A DNA stretch of 64,000 bases, taken from Mobula hypostoma (Eukaryota). Positions 35,801 through 48,876 of this stretch are shown here, piece by piece. The notes beneath the pieces were generated by a model. It had not been told where the DNA came from, did not search any database, and saw only the letters and a list, made by a program, of their open reading frames with translations. The translations under genes were made by a program, and so were the position numbers. Numbering within the stretch: the first letter of the stretch is position 1; each line of letters opens with the position of its first letter. The stretch is taken from assembly GCF_963921235.1 (NCBI RefSeq), contig NC_086101.1, positions 1,116,001-1,180,000 of the forward strand, given 5' to 3'.

Positions 35801-38215
35801 CAGATTTCTGGATCATTGGGACCTCTTTTGGGGCAGGTGTGACCTGTACAAAAAGGACGGGTTGCACTTGAATCCCAGGGGGACAAATATCCTGGCAGGG
35901 AGGTTTGCTAAGGCTACTGGGGAGAGTTTAAACTAGAATTGTTGGGGATGGGAACCGAACTGAAAAGACTGGGGAAGAGGAGGTTGGCTCACAAATAGAG
36001 AAAGCTTGTAGACAGTGCGAGAGGGAGGATAGGCAGGTGATAGAGAAGGGACGCGCTCAGAGTGAAGGTTTGAGATGCGTCTATTTTAACGCAAGGAGTG
36101 TTGTGAACAAAGCGGATGAGCTTAGAGCGTGGATCGGTACTTGGAGATATGATGTGGTGGCCATTACAGAGACTTGGATGGCTCAGGGACAGGAATGGTT
36201 ACTTCAAGTGCCGGGTTTTAGATGTTTCAGAGAGGACAGGGAGGGAGGCAAAAGAGGTGGGGGCGTGGTACTGTTGATCAGAGATAATGTCACGGCTGCA
36301 GAAAAGGTGGGCACCATGGTGGGACTGTCTATGGAGACTCTGTGGGTGGAGGTTCGAAACAGTAAGGTGTCAATAACTTTACAGGGTGTTTTTTATCGGC
36401 TGCCTAATAGTAACTGGGATATCGAGGAGCAGATCGGGAAACAGATCCTGGAAAGGTGTAATAATAACAGAGTTGTCGTGATGGGAGATTTTAATTTCCC
36501 AAATATTGATTGGCATCTCCCTAGAGCAAGGAGTTTAGATGGGGTGGAGTTTGTTAGGTGTGTTCAGGAAGGTTTCTTGACACAATATGTAGATAAGCCT
36601 ACAAGAGGAGAGGCTGTACTTAATCTGGTATTGGGAAATGAACCTGGTCAGGTGTCAGAACTCTCAGTGGGAAAGTATTTTGGAGATAGTGATCATAATT
36701 CTATCTCCTTTACAATAGCATTGGAAAGAGATAGGAACAGACAAGTTAGAAATGCGTTTAATTGGAGTAAGGGGAATTATGAGGTTATCAGGCAGGAAAT
36801 TGGAAGATTAAATTGGAGACAGATGTTCTCAGGGAAAAGTACGGAAGAAATGTGGCAAATGTTCAGGGGATATTTGTGTGGAGTTCTGCAAAGGTACATT
36901 CCAATGAGACAGGGAAGTTATGGTATGGTACAGGAACCCTATTTTTGTATCATTCTTCACAGTGGAAGACATCTGCAGTATACCGGACATTCGAGAGTAT
37001 CAGGGAAGTGAAGTTTGTGCAGTGAAAATTACGACTGAGAAGGTTCTCAGGAAGCTTAATGGTTTGAGGGTGGATAAATCTCCTGGACCTGATGGAATGC
37101 ATCCCCGGGTTCTGAAGGAAGTAGCTGGAGAGATTGCAGAGGCATTGAAAATGATCTTTCAAGAATTGATAGATCCTGCCATTGTACCGGATGACTGGAA
37201 AATTGCAAATGTTACTCTGCTATTTAAGAAGGGTGGAAGGCAGCAGAAAGGAAACTATATAACTGCTAACCTGACATCAGTGGTTGGGAAGTTGTTGGAA
37301 TCGATTGTTGGGGATGAGATTACAGTGTACCTGGAGGCACATGACAAGATAGGCCAAAGCCAGCATAGCTTCCTGCAGAGAGATTTAGACAGTTTGGGGG
37401 AATGGACAAAGAAATGGCAAATGAAATACAAGCAACATACATCAAAGTTGCTGGTGAACGCAGCAGGCCAGGCAGCATCTATAGGAAGAGGCACAGTCGA
37501 CGTTTCAGGCTGAGACCCTTCGTCAGGACTACAATGAAATACAATGTTGGAAAGTGTATGGTCATGCACTTTGGTGGAAGAAATAAACGGGCAGACTATT
37601 ATTTAGATGGGGAGAGAATTCAAAATGCAGAGATGCAAAGGGACTTGGGAGTCCTTGTGCAGAACACCTAAAGGTTAACCTCCAGGTTGAGTCAGTGGTG
37701 AAGAAGGTGAATGCAATATTGGCATTCATTTCTAGAGGTATAGAATATAAGAGAAGGGATGTGATGTTGAGGCTCTATACGGCACTCGTGAGACCACACT
37801 TGGAGTATTGTGTGCAGTTTTGGGCTCCTATTTTTGAAAGGGTATACTGATATTGGAGAGGGTTCAGAGAAGATTCACGAGAATGATTCCAGGAATGAAA
37901 GGGTTACCGTATGAAGGATATCTGGCAGCTCTTGGGCTGTATTCCCTGGAGTTCAGGAGGATGAGGGGGGAATCTCACAGAAACATTCCGAATGGTAAAT
38001 CTGCGGAATTTTTTGCCACGAGCGACTGTGGAGGCCAAGTCATTGAGTATATTTCAGGCAGAGATATAGGTTCTTGATTAGCCAGGGCATCAAAGGGTAC
38101 GGTGAGAAGGCAGGGGAGTGGGGAGACTGGAAGAATTGGATCAGTCCATGATTGAATGATGGAGCAGACTCGATGGGCCAAATGGCCTACTTCTGCTTCT
38201 TTATCTTATGGTCTA
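32890..38215 (+). mobile_element. Concatenated CR1 pieces, including an open RT ORF (34323-35756) and an open APE ORF (36037-36940)
   Basis: [52 protein letters not shown]1 remnant at 33447-33915. Confidence 0.9.
37432..37532 (-). mobile_element. ~100-bp solo Penelope terminal-repeat insertion carrying an intact hammerhead (37495-37530)
   Basis: Same terminus (GCAACA..CATCAAAG) as 19450; 12-bp TSD AATGAAATACAA at 37420-37431 and 37533-37544, inside a CR1. Core CTGACGA...GAAACGTC intact on the minus strand. Confidence 0.88.
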
Positions 38216-39415
38216 ATGAGTATCGCCCAGTAGCACCCATATCCACGGTGATGAAATGCTTTGAGAGGTTGGTCATGGCTAGAATGAACTTCTGCCTCAG
38301 CAAGGATCTGGACCCACTGCAATTTGCCTATCGCCACAACAGGTCTACAGCTGATGCAGTCTCAGTGGCTCTTCACGCAACCTTGGGTAACATGTTGTAA
38401 AGTTTCACTGCTAATGTTTGGGTTATAACTAGAGATAACGGGGCTTTGGAATGTGGGCTATCCCATGAGAGGGATGTTGTTCTTTCTTGTGGGTTGGGAC
38501 CGGAGATTTCGCCGTCTTTTGCTGGGGAGAGACGAGGAGAGAGAATGCGAATGAAGAGAGTTGGTAGACTGCTGGATGTAGTGGATGTGGAGCGAGGGTC
38601 CGAGGGTCAGCGATGCTCGAAGGAGGTCGACAGGGAATCAATGGACCGAACCGTGAGCCCCAACATTGCACTGTTTCATGAGAATCGGCCCTTTTCCCTT
38701 TTTTGTTTCTTTACTAACCATACAGTCAAATTAAGAATTATAAAGCTCAGTCATTTTATCGCGTACTGTGTACTGTTTGTTATGTCAGGGTACTGATTTG
38801 TAACAGGGGACACATCACGCAGCATCCATCCAAACGAGATTTCCTACGTTTGGCTGGGCCGATGGCTGTCTTCCCCTAGATTAAGCCACTAGCCAAACCG
38901 AGAGTTACACTTAGATCACCTGGAGAATATAAACACCTACGTCAGGATGCTGTTCGTTGACTATATCTCAGTGTTTAACATCATCATCATTCCCACAATC
39001 CTGATTGATATGCTACAGAACCTGGGTCTCTGTACCTCCCTCTGCAACTGGATCCTCGACTTCCTAACTGGAAGACCACAAACTGTGTGGATTGGTGATA
39101 ACATCTCCTCCTCGCTGACGATCATCACCAGTACACCTCAGGGGTGTGTGATTAGACCACTGCTCTGCTCTCTATATACCTATGACTCTGTGGCTAGGTT
39201 CAGCTCAAATGCCATCCATAAGTTTGCCAATGATACAACCATTGTTGGTAAAATCTCAGAAGGAGATGAGAGAAGCAAGATAAACCAGTTAGTGGAGTGG
39301 TGTCACAGCAACAACCTGGCACTCAATGTCAGTAACATGAAAGAGTTGATTGTGGACTTCGGGAAGGGTAAGATGAGGGAACACAAACCAATCCTCATGG
39401 AGGAATCAGAAGGGA
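38216..39415 (+). mobile_element. Rex1/Babar RT fragment split by a solo LTR
   Basis: YRPVAPISTVMKCFERLV..LDPLQFAYR and MLFVDY..PQGCV..KFANDTT. Confidence 0.85.
38386..38909. mobile_element. Solo LTR (Gypsy-like) inserted in a Rex1 element
   Basis: Termini gGTAAC...GTTACA with 4-bp flanks CTTG/CTTA; it interrupts Rex1 RT at HATL|DHLEN. Confidence 0.65.
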
Positions 39416-39429
39416 TGCAGTATCAGAAA

Positions 39430-42400
39430 GGATAGCAAATACAGTACTCAAGGTGTTGTATCTCAATGCACGTAGTGTAAGAAATAAGGTGGATGATCTT
39501 GTTGCAATATTACAGGTTGCCAGGTATGATGTTGTGCCCATCACTGAATCATGGCTGGAGGATGGTTGTAGTTGGGAGCTGAATGTCTGAGGTTACACAT
39601 TGTATCAGAAGGATAGGAAGGTGGGCAGAGGTGGTGGTGTGGCTCTACTGGTAAAGAATGTAATCAAATCAGTAGAAAGATGTGACAAAGGATCGGAAGA
39701 TAGAAACATAGAAAAACTACAGCACAATACAGGCCCTTTGGCCCACAACGCTGTGCCAAACACATACCTTGCTCTTCACATACTTGTAGAATGCCTTGGG
39801 GTTTTCCTTAATCCTGCTCACCAAGGCCTTCTCATGGCCCCTTCTGGCTCTCCTAATTTCATTCTTAAGCTCTTTCCTGCTGGCCTTATGATCTTCTACA
39901 TCTCTATCATTATCTAGATTTTTGAACCTTTCGTAAGCTTTTCTTTTCTTCTTGACTAGATTTACTACAGCCTTTGTACACCACAGTTCCTGTACCCTAC
40001 CATCATTGTCTCATTGGAACATACCTATGCAGAATGTCGCGCAAATATCCCCTGAACATTTGCCACATTTCTGCTGTACATTTCCCTGAGAGCATCTGTT
40101 CCCAATTTATGCTTCCAAGTTCCTGACTGGTAGCTTCGTATTTCCCTTTACTCCAATTAAACACTCTCCTAACTTGTCTGTTCCTATCCCTCTCCAATAC
40201 TATGGTAAAGGAGATAGAATTGTGATCACTATTTCCAAAATGCTCTCCCACTGAGAGACCTGACATCTGACCAGGTTCATTTCCCAATACCAGATCAAGT
40301 ACAGCCTCTCCTCTTGCAGGCTTATCTACATATTGTGTCAGGAAACCTTCCTGAACACACCTAACAAACTTCATCCTACCTAAACTTCTTGCTCTAGGGA
40401 GATGCCAATCAATATTTGGGAAGTTAAAATCTCCCACCACAACCACCCTGTTATTATTACATATTTCCAGAATCTGTCTCCCTATCTGCTCCTCAATGTC
40501 CCTGTTACTGTTGGGTGGTCTATAAAAACACCCAGTAGAGATATTGACCCCTTCCTGTTTCTAACTTCCACACACAGAGACTCCATAGACAATCCCTCAA
40601 TGACTTCCTCCTTTTCTGCAGCTGTGACGCTATCTCTGATCAACAGTGCCATGCCCCCACCTCTTTTGCCTCCCTCCCTGTCTTTTCTGAAACATCTAAA
40701 GCCTGGCACTCGAAGTAACCATTCCTGCCCCATTTTGATGTTGGATCCTTGTGGGTTGAGTTAAGAAAGTGCAAGGGTAAAAGGACGCTGATGGCAGTTA
40801 TATACAGTCCTCCCAACAGTGGCTTGGGGGCGGACCACAGGTTACAATGGGAAATAGGAAAGGCGAGTCAAATGGGCAATGTTATGGCAAACATGGGAGA
40901 TTTTAACATGCAAGTTGATTGGGAAAATCAGGTTGGTAATGTATCTCAAGAGAGTGAGTTTGTTGAAAGCCTTAGAGATGGCTTTTTAGAGCAGTTTGTC
41001 GTTGAGCTTACTAGGAGATCAACTATACTGTATTGGGTGTTATGCAATGAACTGGTGACAATTGGGGAGCTTAAGGTAAAAGAACCCTTAGGAACCAGTG
41101 ATCACAATATGATTGAGTTCTACTTGGACGTAGAAGTATTTCAGTGGAATGAGAGAGGAGTTACCCAAAATAAATTAAAAGGAGCTGCTGGCAGGGATGT
41201 CAGCAGGGCTGCAATGGCATGTGTTTCTGGGAAAAATGAGGAAGGTGCAGGACACATGTATCCCAAAAATGCAGAAATGCTGAAATGGTAAAATAGTAGA
41301 TCCATGGCTGACAAGGGGAGTCAAAGCCATTGTAACAGGAAAGGGCATACAACAAATCAAAAATTAGTGAGAAGATCGAGGATTGGGAAGTTTTAAAAAC
41401 CTACAGAGAGCAACTAAAAAAATCATTAGAAGGGAAAAGATGAAATATGAAAGCAAGCTAGCAAATAATATCAAAGTGGATAGTAAAAATATGTAAAAAA
41501 AATGAAAGAGAAATGAGAGTGGATATAGGACTGCTAGAAAACTAGGCATGAGAAATAATAGCGAGGGACAAAGATATGGCTGATAAACTAAATGAATATT
41601 TAGCATCAACCTTCACTGTGGAGGACAGTAGCATTATGCCTGATGTTTTAGTGTGTGAAGGAAGAGGAGTGGGTGCAGTTACTGTTACCAGAGGGAAGGT
41701 GCTCAGAAAGCTGAAAGACCGAAAGATACACAAGTCACCCAGATCAGATGAACTGAGTCCTAGGGATCGGAAAGATAGCGGTAGAGATTGTGGAGGAACT
41801 AATAATGACCTTTCAAAAATCATTGGACTCTGCCAAGGTGCCAGAGGACTGGAAATTGCAAATTTCACTCCACTCTTTAAGAAATGAGGACAGCAGCAGA
41901 AAGGAAACTATAGACCAGTAAGCCTGACCTTAGTGGTTGGGAAGATGTTGGAGTCAGTGGTTAAGAATGAAGTTAAGAAGTACTTGGAGACATAGGACAA
42001 GATAGGACAAATTCAGCATAGTTTCCCAAAGAGACAATCTTGCCAGACAAACCTGTTGGAATTCTTTGAAGAGATTGTAAGTAGGGTAGATAAAGGGAAT
42101 GCAGTGGATGTTGTATATTTGGACTTTCAGAAGGCCTTCGACAATGTGCCACACATGGGGTTACTTACCAAGTTAAGAGCCTATGGCATTACAGGACAGT
42201 TACTGGCATGCTTAGAGCATTGGCTGATTGGTAGGAGGCAGTGAATGGGAATAAAAGGATCTTTTTCTGGCTGGCTGTCAGTGACTAATGGTGTTCCACA
42301 GGGGTCGGTGTTGGGACCACGTCTTTTTATGCTGTATATAAATGATTTAGATGATGGAATTAGTGGCTTTTTTGCCAAGATTGCAAATGATACGAAGATT

Positions 42401-45400
42401 GGTGGAGGGACAGGAAGTGTTGAAGAAACAGGTAGGATGCAGAAAGACTTAGACAGGTTAGGAGAACAGGCAAGAAAGTGGCAAATGAAATATAATGTTG
42501 GAAAATTCACGGTCATGCACTTTGGTAGTAGAAATAAATATGTAGACTGTTTTCTAAATGGGAAGAAAATCCAGGAATCTGAGATAGAAATATAGAAACA
42601 TAGAAATCCTACAGCACAATACAGACACTTTGGCTCACAGAGTGAACTGAAAATGTCCCTACCTTAGAAATTACTAGGCTTACCTATAACCCTCTATTTT
42701 ACTAAACTCCATGTACCTATCTAAAAGTCTCTTAAAAGACCCTATCGTATCCTCCTCCACCACTGTTGCTGGCAGCCCATTCCACGCACTCACCACTCTC
42801 TGCGTAAGAAACTTACCCCTGACATCTCCTCTGTACCTACTCCCCAGCACCTTAAACCTATACCCTCTCGTGGCAACCACTTCAGCCCTGGGAAAAAACC
42901 TCTGACTATCCACACGATCAATGCCTCTCATCATCTTGTACACCTCTATCAGGTCACCTCTCATCTTCCGTCGCTCAATGGAGAAAAGGCCGAGTTCACT
43001 CAATCTATTCTCATAAGGCATGCTCCCCAATCCAGGCAACATCCTTGTAAATCTCCTCTGCACCCTTTCTATGGTTTCCACATCCTTCATGTAGTGAGGT
43101 GACCAGAACTAAGCACAGTACTCCAAATGTGGTCTGACCAGGGTCCTATATAGCTGTAACATTACCTCTTGGCTCCTAAATTCAATTCCACAATTGATGA
43201 AGGCCAATACACTGTACACCTTCTTAACCACAGAGTCAACCTGCGCAGCTGCTTTGAGTGTCCTATGGACTCGAACCCCAAGATCCCTCTGATCCTCCAC
43301 ACTGCCAAGAGTCTTACCATTAATACTATATTCTGCCATCTTATTTGACCTACCAAAATTAACCACTTCACACTTATCTGGGTTGAACTCCATCTGCCAC
43401 TTCTCAGCCCAGTTTTGCATCCTATCAATATCCTGCTGTAACCTCTGACAGCCCTCCACACTATCCACAACACCCCCAACCTTTGTGTCATCAGCAAACT
43501 TACTAACCCATCCCTCCACTTCCTCATCCAGGTCATTTATAAAAATCAGGAAGAGTAAGGGTCCCAGAACAGATCCCTGAGGCACTCCACTGATGACCGA
43601 CCTCCATGCAGAATATGGCCCGTCTACAACCACTCTTTACCTTCTGTGGGCAAGCCAGTTCTTGATCCACAAAGCAAGTTCCCCTTGGATCCCATGCCTC
43701 CTTACTTTCTCAATCAGCCTTGCATGGGGTACCTTGTCAAATGCCTTGTTGAAATCCACATACATTACACCTACTGCTCTTTCTTCATCATCAATGTGTT
43801 TAGTCACATCCTTAAAAAATTCAATCAGGCTCGTAAGGCATGATCTACCCTAGACAAAGCCATGCTGACTACTCCTAATCATATTATACCTCTCTAAATG
43901 TTCATAAATCTCTCAGGATCTTCCCAGCAACTTACCAACCTCTGAGGTAAGATGTACTGGTCTATAATTTTCTGGGCTATCTCTACTCCCTTTCTTGAAT
44001 AAAGGAACAACATCCGCAACCCTCCAATCCTCCGGAACCTCTCCCGTCCCCACTGATGATGCAAAGATCATCGCCAGAGGCTCTGCAAGCTCCTCCCTTG
44101 CCTCTCACAGTAGCCTGGGGTACATCTCGTCCGGTCTCAGCAACTGATCCAACTTGATGCTTTCCAAAAGCTCCAGATGCAGAGGGACTTGGGAGTCCTT
44201 GTGCAGAACACCATAAAGGTTAATTAGAGTATTGTGAACAGTTTTGGCCCCCTTATCTGAGAAGAGATGTGCTGGCATTGGAGAGTGTTCAGAGGAGGTT
44301 CACAAGGATAATTCCAGGAATGAAAGGGTTATCATACAAGGATCGTTTGATGGCTCTGAGTCTGTACTCGCTGGAATTCAGAAGGATGGGGTCAGGGGTG
44401 TGGGATCTCTTTGAAATGTTGAAAGGCCTCGACAGAGTGGATGTGGTAAGGATGTTTCCCACGGTGGGAGAGTCTGGGACAAGAGGGCACAGCCTCAGGA
44501 TAGAGGGGCGTCCTTCCTAAACAGATGTGGAGAAACTTCTTTCGCCAGAGGGTGGTGAACATGTGGAATTTGTTGCCACATGCAGCTGTGGAGGCCAGGC
44601 TGTGGGTGTTTTTAAGGCAGAGATTGATAGGTTCTTGATTGGACATGCATCAAAGGTTACGGAGAGAAGGCCAGGATTGGGGTTGAGGAGGGGAAAAAAA
44701 AAAGGATTGGCCATGATTAAATGGCAGAGCCGACTTGATTGGCCAGAAGGCCTAATTCTGCTCCTATGTCCTATGGTCTTATTTACTTGTATTTTCAAAA
44801 GGCATTTACTGAGGTGCCACACATGAGCTGCTTAACGAGATAAAATCCTGTGGCGTTGCAGAAGGGATGCTGGCATGGATTGCAGAATGGCTAACAGGCA
44901 TGAGGTAGCAAGTGGCCATAAAGAGGGAATAGGATATAGAAGCAAGGAGATAATGCTCAGCCTTTCTTCGCCACTAATCCGGCCACACTTGGAGTATTGT
45001 CAACTGTTTTGGGCCCCATATCTCAGAAAGGATGTGTTGTCATTGGAGAGAGTTCAGAGGAAGTTCACTGGGATTATTCCAGGAATGAAGGGGTTAATGT
45101 ATGGCAGCTTTGGCCTTGAGTTCACTGAGATTTAGAAGAATGAGTGGGGAACTCATTGAAAACTACCAAATGTTGAAAGGTATAGATAGGGTGGTGGTGG
45201 AGGGGATGTTTCCTATGGCGGGGGTATCCAGAACTAGAGGGTACAGCCTCAAAACTGAGGGGTGACCTTTTCAAACAGAGGTAAGGAGGATTTTTTTTTT
45301 GGCCTGAGAGTAGTGAATTGGTGGAATGCTCTGCCACAGACTGTGGTGGAGGCCAAGTCAGTGCATATTTTTAAGGCTGAAATTGATATTTTCCTGATCA

Positions 45401-45530
45401 ATCAAATGATATGATGAGATGGCAGGTGTGTGGGGTTGAGTGGGATCTAGGATCAGCCATGGTGGAATGGTAGAGCAGATTCAATGGGCTGAATGGCCAA
45501 ACTCAGCTCTTACGTCTTATGGTCTTATGG
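39430..45530. mobile_element. Plus-strand CR1 interrupted by two minus-strand CR1s (39700-40732, 42585-44175), plus a further CR1 3' end
   Basis: The host resumes collinearly at ~40737 and ~44176; tails at 39700, 42590, 44775 and 45520. Confidence 0.8.
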
Positions 45531-45840
45531 CCTTGTGTGTGTCTGGTGGGGAAAGACCTGAAATTATGGGAGTCCAAGTCATCGAATTATTTAACTATAA
45601 CCTGCTAAATTAAGATTCATGGATCACTTTAAGCTTAGCATTAGCTCATTAGAAGGGATGATTCTCCAAACTTACAGCTGATGATATCTGGCTACTGACC
45701 AAAAAAGTGTAAACTCAGCATCACACCGTTCATCACCTGATGAATGCTGTAGAGATCGTCATCATCTATATCTTGCATATTTAATCACATCCTGCCTCCT
45801 GATCATCTCTGGTTCATCCATTTTCTGTTTGAATCTGCAG

Positions 45841-46116
45841 TTGCTGTATCCACTCTGGAAGTTGAAATGATCCCTGAGGCTCCACAGATTGGCGATAATG
45901 TGACTTTACAATGCTCTGCTCAAAAGGGAAATCGCATCCAGTACAGTTGGTTCCGATGTGATCTGCCTCTGTCAAGTGAAGTGAACTATCATCTGTCAAA
46001 GGACAACAGGTCCTTGACAATCCAGAATGTGCAGAAATTCGACGTTGGTATCTACAAGTGCAAGGTGGAAAACCGTATCAGCTCTAATCATGTAGATTTT
46101 GTGATGCAGCTCTGTT
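45841..46116 (+). CDS. Exon encoding the IgC2/I-set domain of the same receptor
   Basis: Acceptor ttttctgtttgaatctgcag| and donor T|gtaagt; 276 nt, phase 1-1, in frame with the IgV exon. VTLQC...YSWF...NRSLTIQNVQKFDVGIYKCKVENRIS has the canonical C-W-C core. Confidence 0.9.
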
Positions 46117-46689
46117 GTAAGTATATCATCATAACTTAATGATATCTTTTGATCACATGAGTAAGGGTTATCACTGCAGATGTTACCACATCAGTGCCAA
46201 TGTTATTCATCCACTTCAGCTAAAGTTATGCTTCTTAGATCTGCATTTCTTCTCTGTACACCTCCCTTGCTTCTACTATATCTCACAATGTACTTAACCA
46301 ACAGGTAATTTATTTTGATTTTAGATATGAAGTTCTTATCTGAGTTCCAGCCTCAGCTGATTTTTGGTGAAAAACAGTTAGATTTCCATGGCCCTTTAGA
46401 ACTAAAGGGTACAGCCTCAAAATTGACGGGCGGCCTTTTAGAACGGAAGTGAGGAGGAATTTTTTTTTAGCCAGAGAGTGGTGAATCCGTGGAATGCTCT
46501 GCCACAGACTGTGGTGGAAGCCAAGTCTGTTCAATGCGGAAGTTGATAGAGTCCTGATTGGTCGGGGCATCAAGGGATATGGTGAGAGGGAAGGTGAATG
46601 GGTTTGAATGGAATCCGGGATCAGCCCTGATGAAGTGGTGGAGTGGACTCGATGGGCTGAATGGCCTAATTCTGCTCCTTTGTCTTATG

Positions 46690-47292
46690 TGTCCCGGAAG
46701 ACGAGTGTGCTTTCAGTGTGCCGGATTTTTGTGGCTCTGGAAGCTGGTGTACTCGAGGCCAGCGCCATCATCTGATGCATTGTGGGAGACAGAAGATTGT
46801 AAGCAGCGAGCTGGTTGCTATCTCTGTGCCCAGAGACCCAAGTTCTTTGGGCACAGAGCTCGGAAAAAGCGAGGTAACAGACTTTTAACACCATAAATCA
46901 GCCAGTTGTTTTATTATGTCTCTCCTCTCGCTGTGAAATGAGGACATCTCTTTTTCCTTTATTAGGGGGAGAGGGAGCCTGTGGTATGTCGAATACCGGG
47001 TGAACGAGTAGTCTTTGGGGTACTGCAAGTCTGCGTCTTTATTGATGCTTTGCTGCACACTTGAGTGTTCGGTGGTGGGCGCCAATGCTTTTTAGCTGGT
47101 GGAGAGAGGGGGGGTTGTTGCTTTGCTGCTGCTTACACGTGGGGGGGAGCTGGGGGCGGGCTTTGGGGTTCTAACATTTAAATGTCATTCATTTTTTGGG
47201 GCACTCCTCTGCTTTCGTGGATGTTTGCGACTGAAAAGAATTTCAAGGTGTATATTGTATACATTTCTCTGACATTAAATGCACCCGTTGAA
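46690..47292 (+). mobile_element. Non-coding interspersed repeat (second non-autonomous family)
   Basis: Its 3' ~300 bp match the reverse complement of 30836-31150 (gtagtctttggggta..ctgcaagtctg..tctctgacattaaatg). Confidence 0.6.
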
Positions 47293-47574
47293 GTCTGCTC
47301 CACCATTTCATTATGGCTGATCCATTTTGCCTCTCAGTCCCAATCTCCTGCCTATCCTCATACCCTTTGTGCCTTGACTAATCAAGAAACTATTAGTCTC
47401 TGCCTTAAATACACATTAAGACTTGGCCTCCACAGTTGCCTGTGGCAACAAATTCAACAGATTCACCACTCTAAGGCTGAAGAAATTCCACCTAATTTCC
47501 ATTCCAAAAGGAAGTCTCTATGTTTTGAGGCTCTGTCCTCTGGTCCTAGACTCTCCCACCATAGGAAACATCCT

Positions 47575-47665
47575 GTTGAAGGGTCTCGGCCTGAAAGGTC
47601 GACCGTACTCTTTTCCATAGATGTTTCCTGGCCTGCTGAGTTCCTCCAGCATTCTGTGTGTGTTG
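47575..47665 (+). mobile_element. ~90-bp Penelope-type terminal-repeat insertion (related subfamily) with a degenerate hammerhead
   Basis: ctgTtgaAGGgtctcggCCTgaaaGgtc followed by the ...cctgctgagttcctccagcattctgtgtgtgttg tail; TSD ATA(G/A)GAAACATCCT at 47561-47574 and 47666-47679. Confidence 0.8.
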
Positions 47666-48876
47666 ATAAGAAACATCCTCTCCACTTCGACTGTATCGAG
47701 GCCTTTCAACATTCGCTAAGTTTCAATTAGATCACCCTTCATTCTTCTGAATTCCAGTGAATGCAGAGCCATAAAACACTCTTTATATGACAAACCCCCA
47801 ATCCTGGATTCATTTTTGCAATCATGGAATTATTTTCATGAACCTCTTTTGAACTCCTTCCAGTGTCAGCACATCCTTTCTATGATAAGGGGCCCAAAAC
47901 TACTCACAATACTTCGTGAGGCCCCACCAGTGTTTTATAAAGCCTCAATATTACTTCTTTGCTTTTATATTCTAGTCCTCTAGAAATGAATGCTAACGTC
48001 ACATTTCTTACCACCAACTCAACCCGCAAATTAATCTTTAGGGAATCGTGCACAAGGACTCCCAAGTCCCTTTGCATCTCCAATTGCCTCACATTTAGAA
48101 AATAGTCCATCTGTTTATTTCTTCTACTAAAGAGCACGACCATACACTTACTGACCCTGTGTTCTATCTGCCACTTCTTAACCATATAACGTAAAGAGAC
48201 CACTGTGGAAAACCACAGTCACCACAGCCATCCAGAAAAGGTTCCTTTCATTCCCACTCTTTGCCTCTTACGGATCAGCCGCTGCCTTACCCTAGCCGGC
48301 ATCTTTCCTGTAACACCATGGGCTCTTAACCTGCTAAGCAGCCTCATGTGTGGCACCTTGTAAAGGGCCTTCTGAAAATGAAAGTACACACCATCCACTG
48401 ATTCTCCTTTGTCTATTCTGCTTGTTAAAAAAAGCATAGCAGCATAGAAAACCTACAGCACAATACAGGCCCTTCGGCCCACAAAGCTGTGCTGAACATG
48501 TCCTTACCTGAGAGATTACCCCGGGTTACCCAGAGCCCTCTATTTTTGTGAGCTCCATATCCTGTCTAGGAGGCTCTTAAAAGACCCTATCGTATCCGCC
48601 TCCACCACCGTTGCCGACAACCCATTCCACACACTCACCACTCTGTGTAAAAAACATACCCCTGACATCTCCTCTGTATCTACTCCCCAGCACCTTAAAA
48701 CTGTACCCTCTCATGCTAGCCATTCCAGCCCTGGGAAAAGCCTCTGACTAACTACACAATCATCATCTTATACACTTCTATCAGGTCACCTCTCATCCTC
48801 TGTCGCTCCAAGGAAAAAAGGTTCACTCAACCTATTCTCATAAGGTATGCCCCCCAACCAGGCAACATCCTTATAA

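Noticed and set aside
36037..37011. 324-aa endonuclease gene
   Set aside because: CR1 APE domain that runs out of frame into another CR1 piece.
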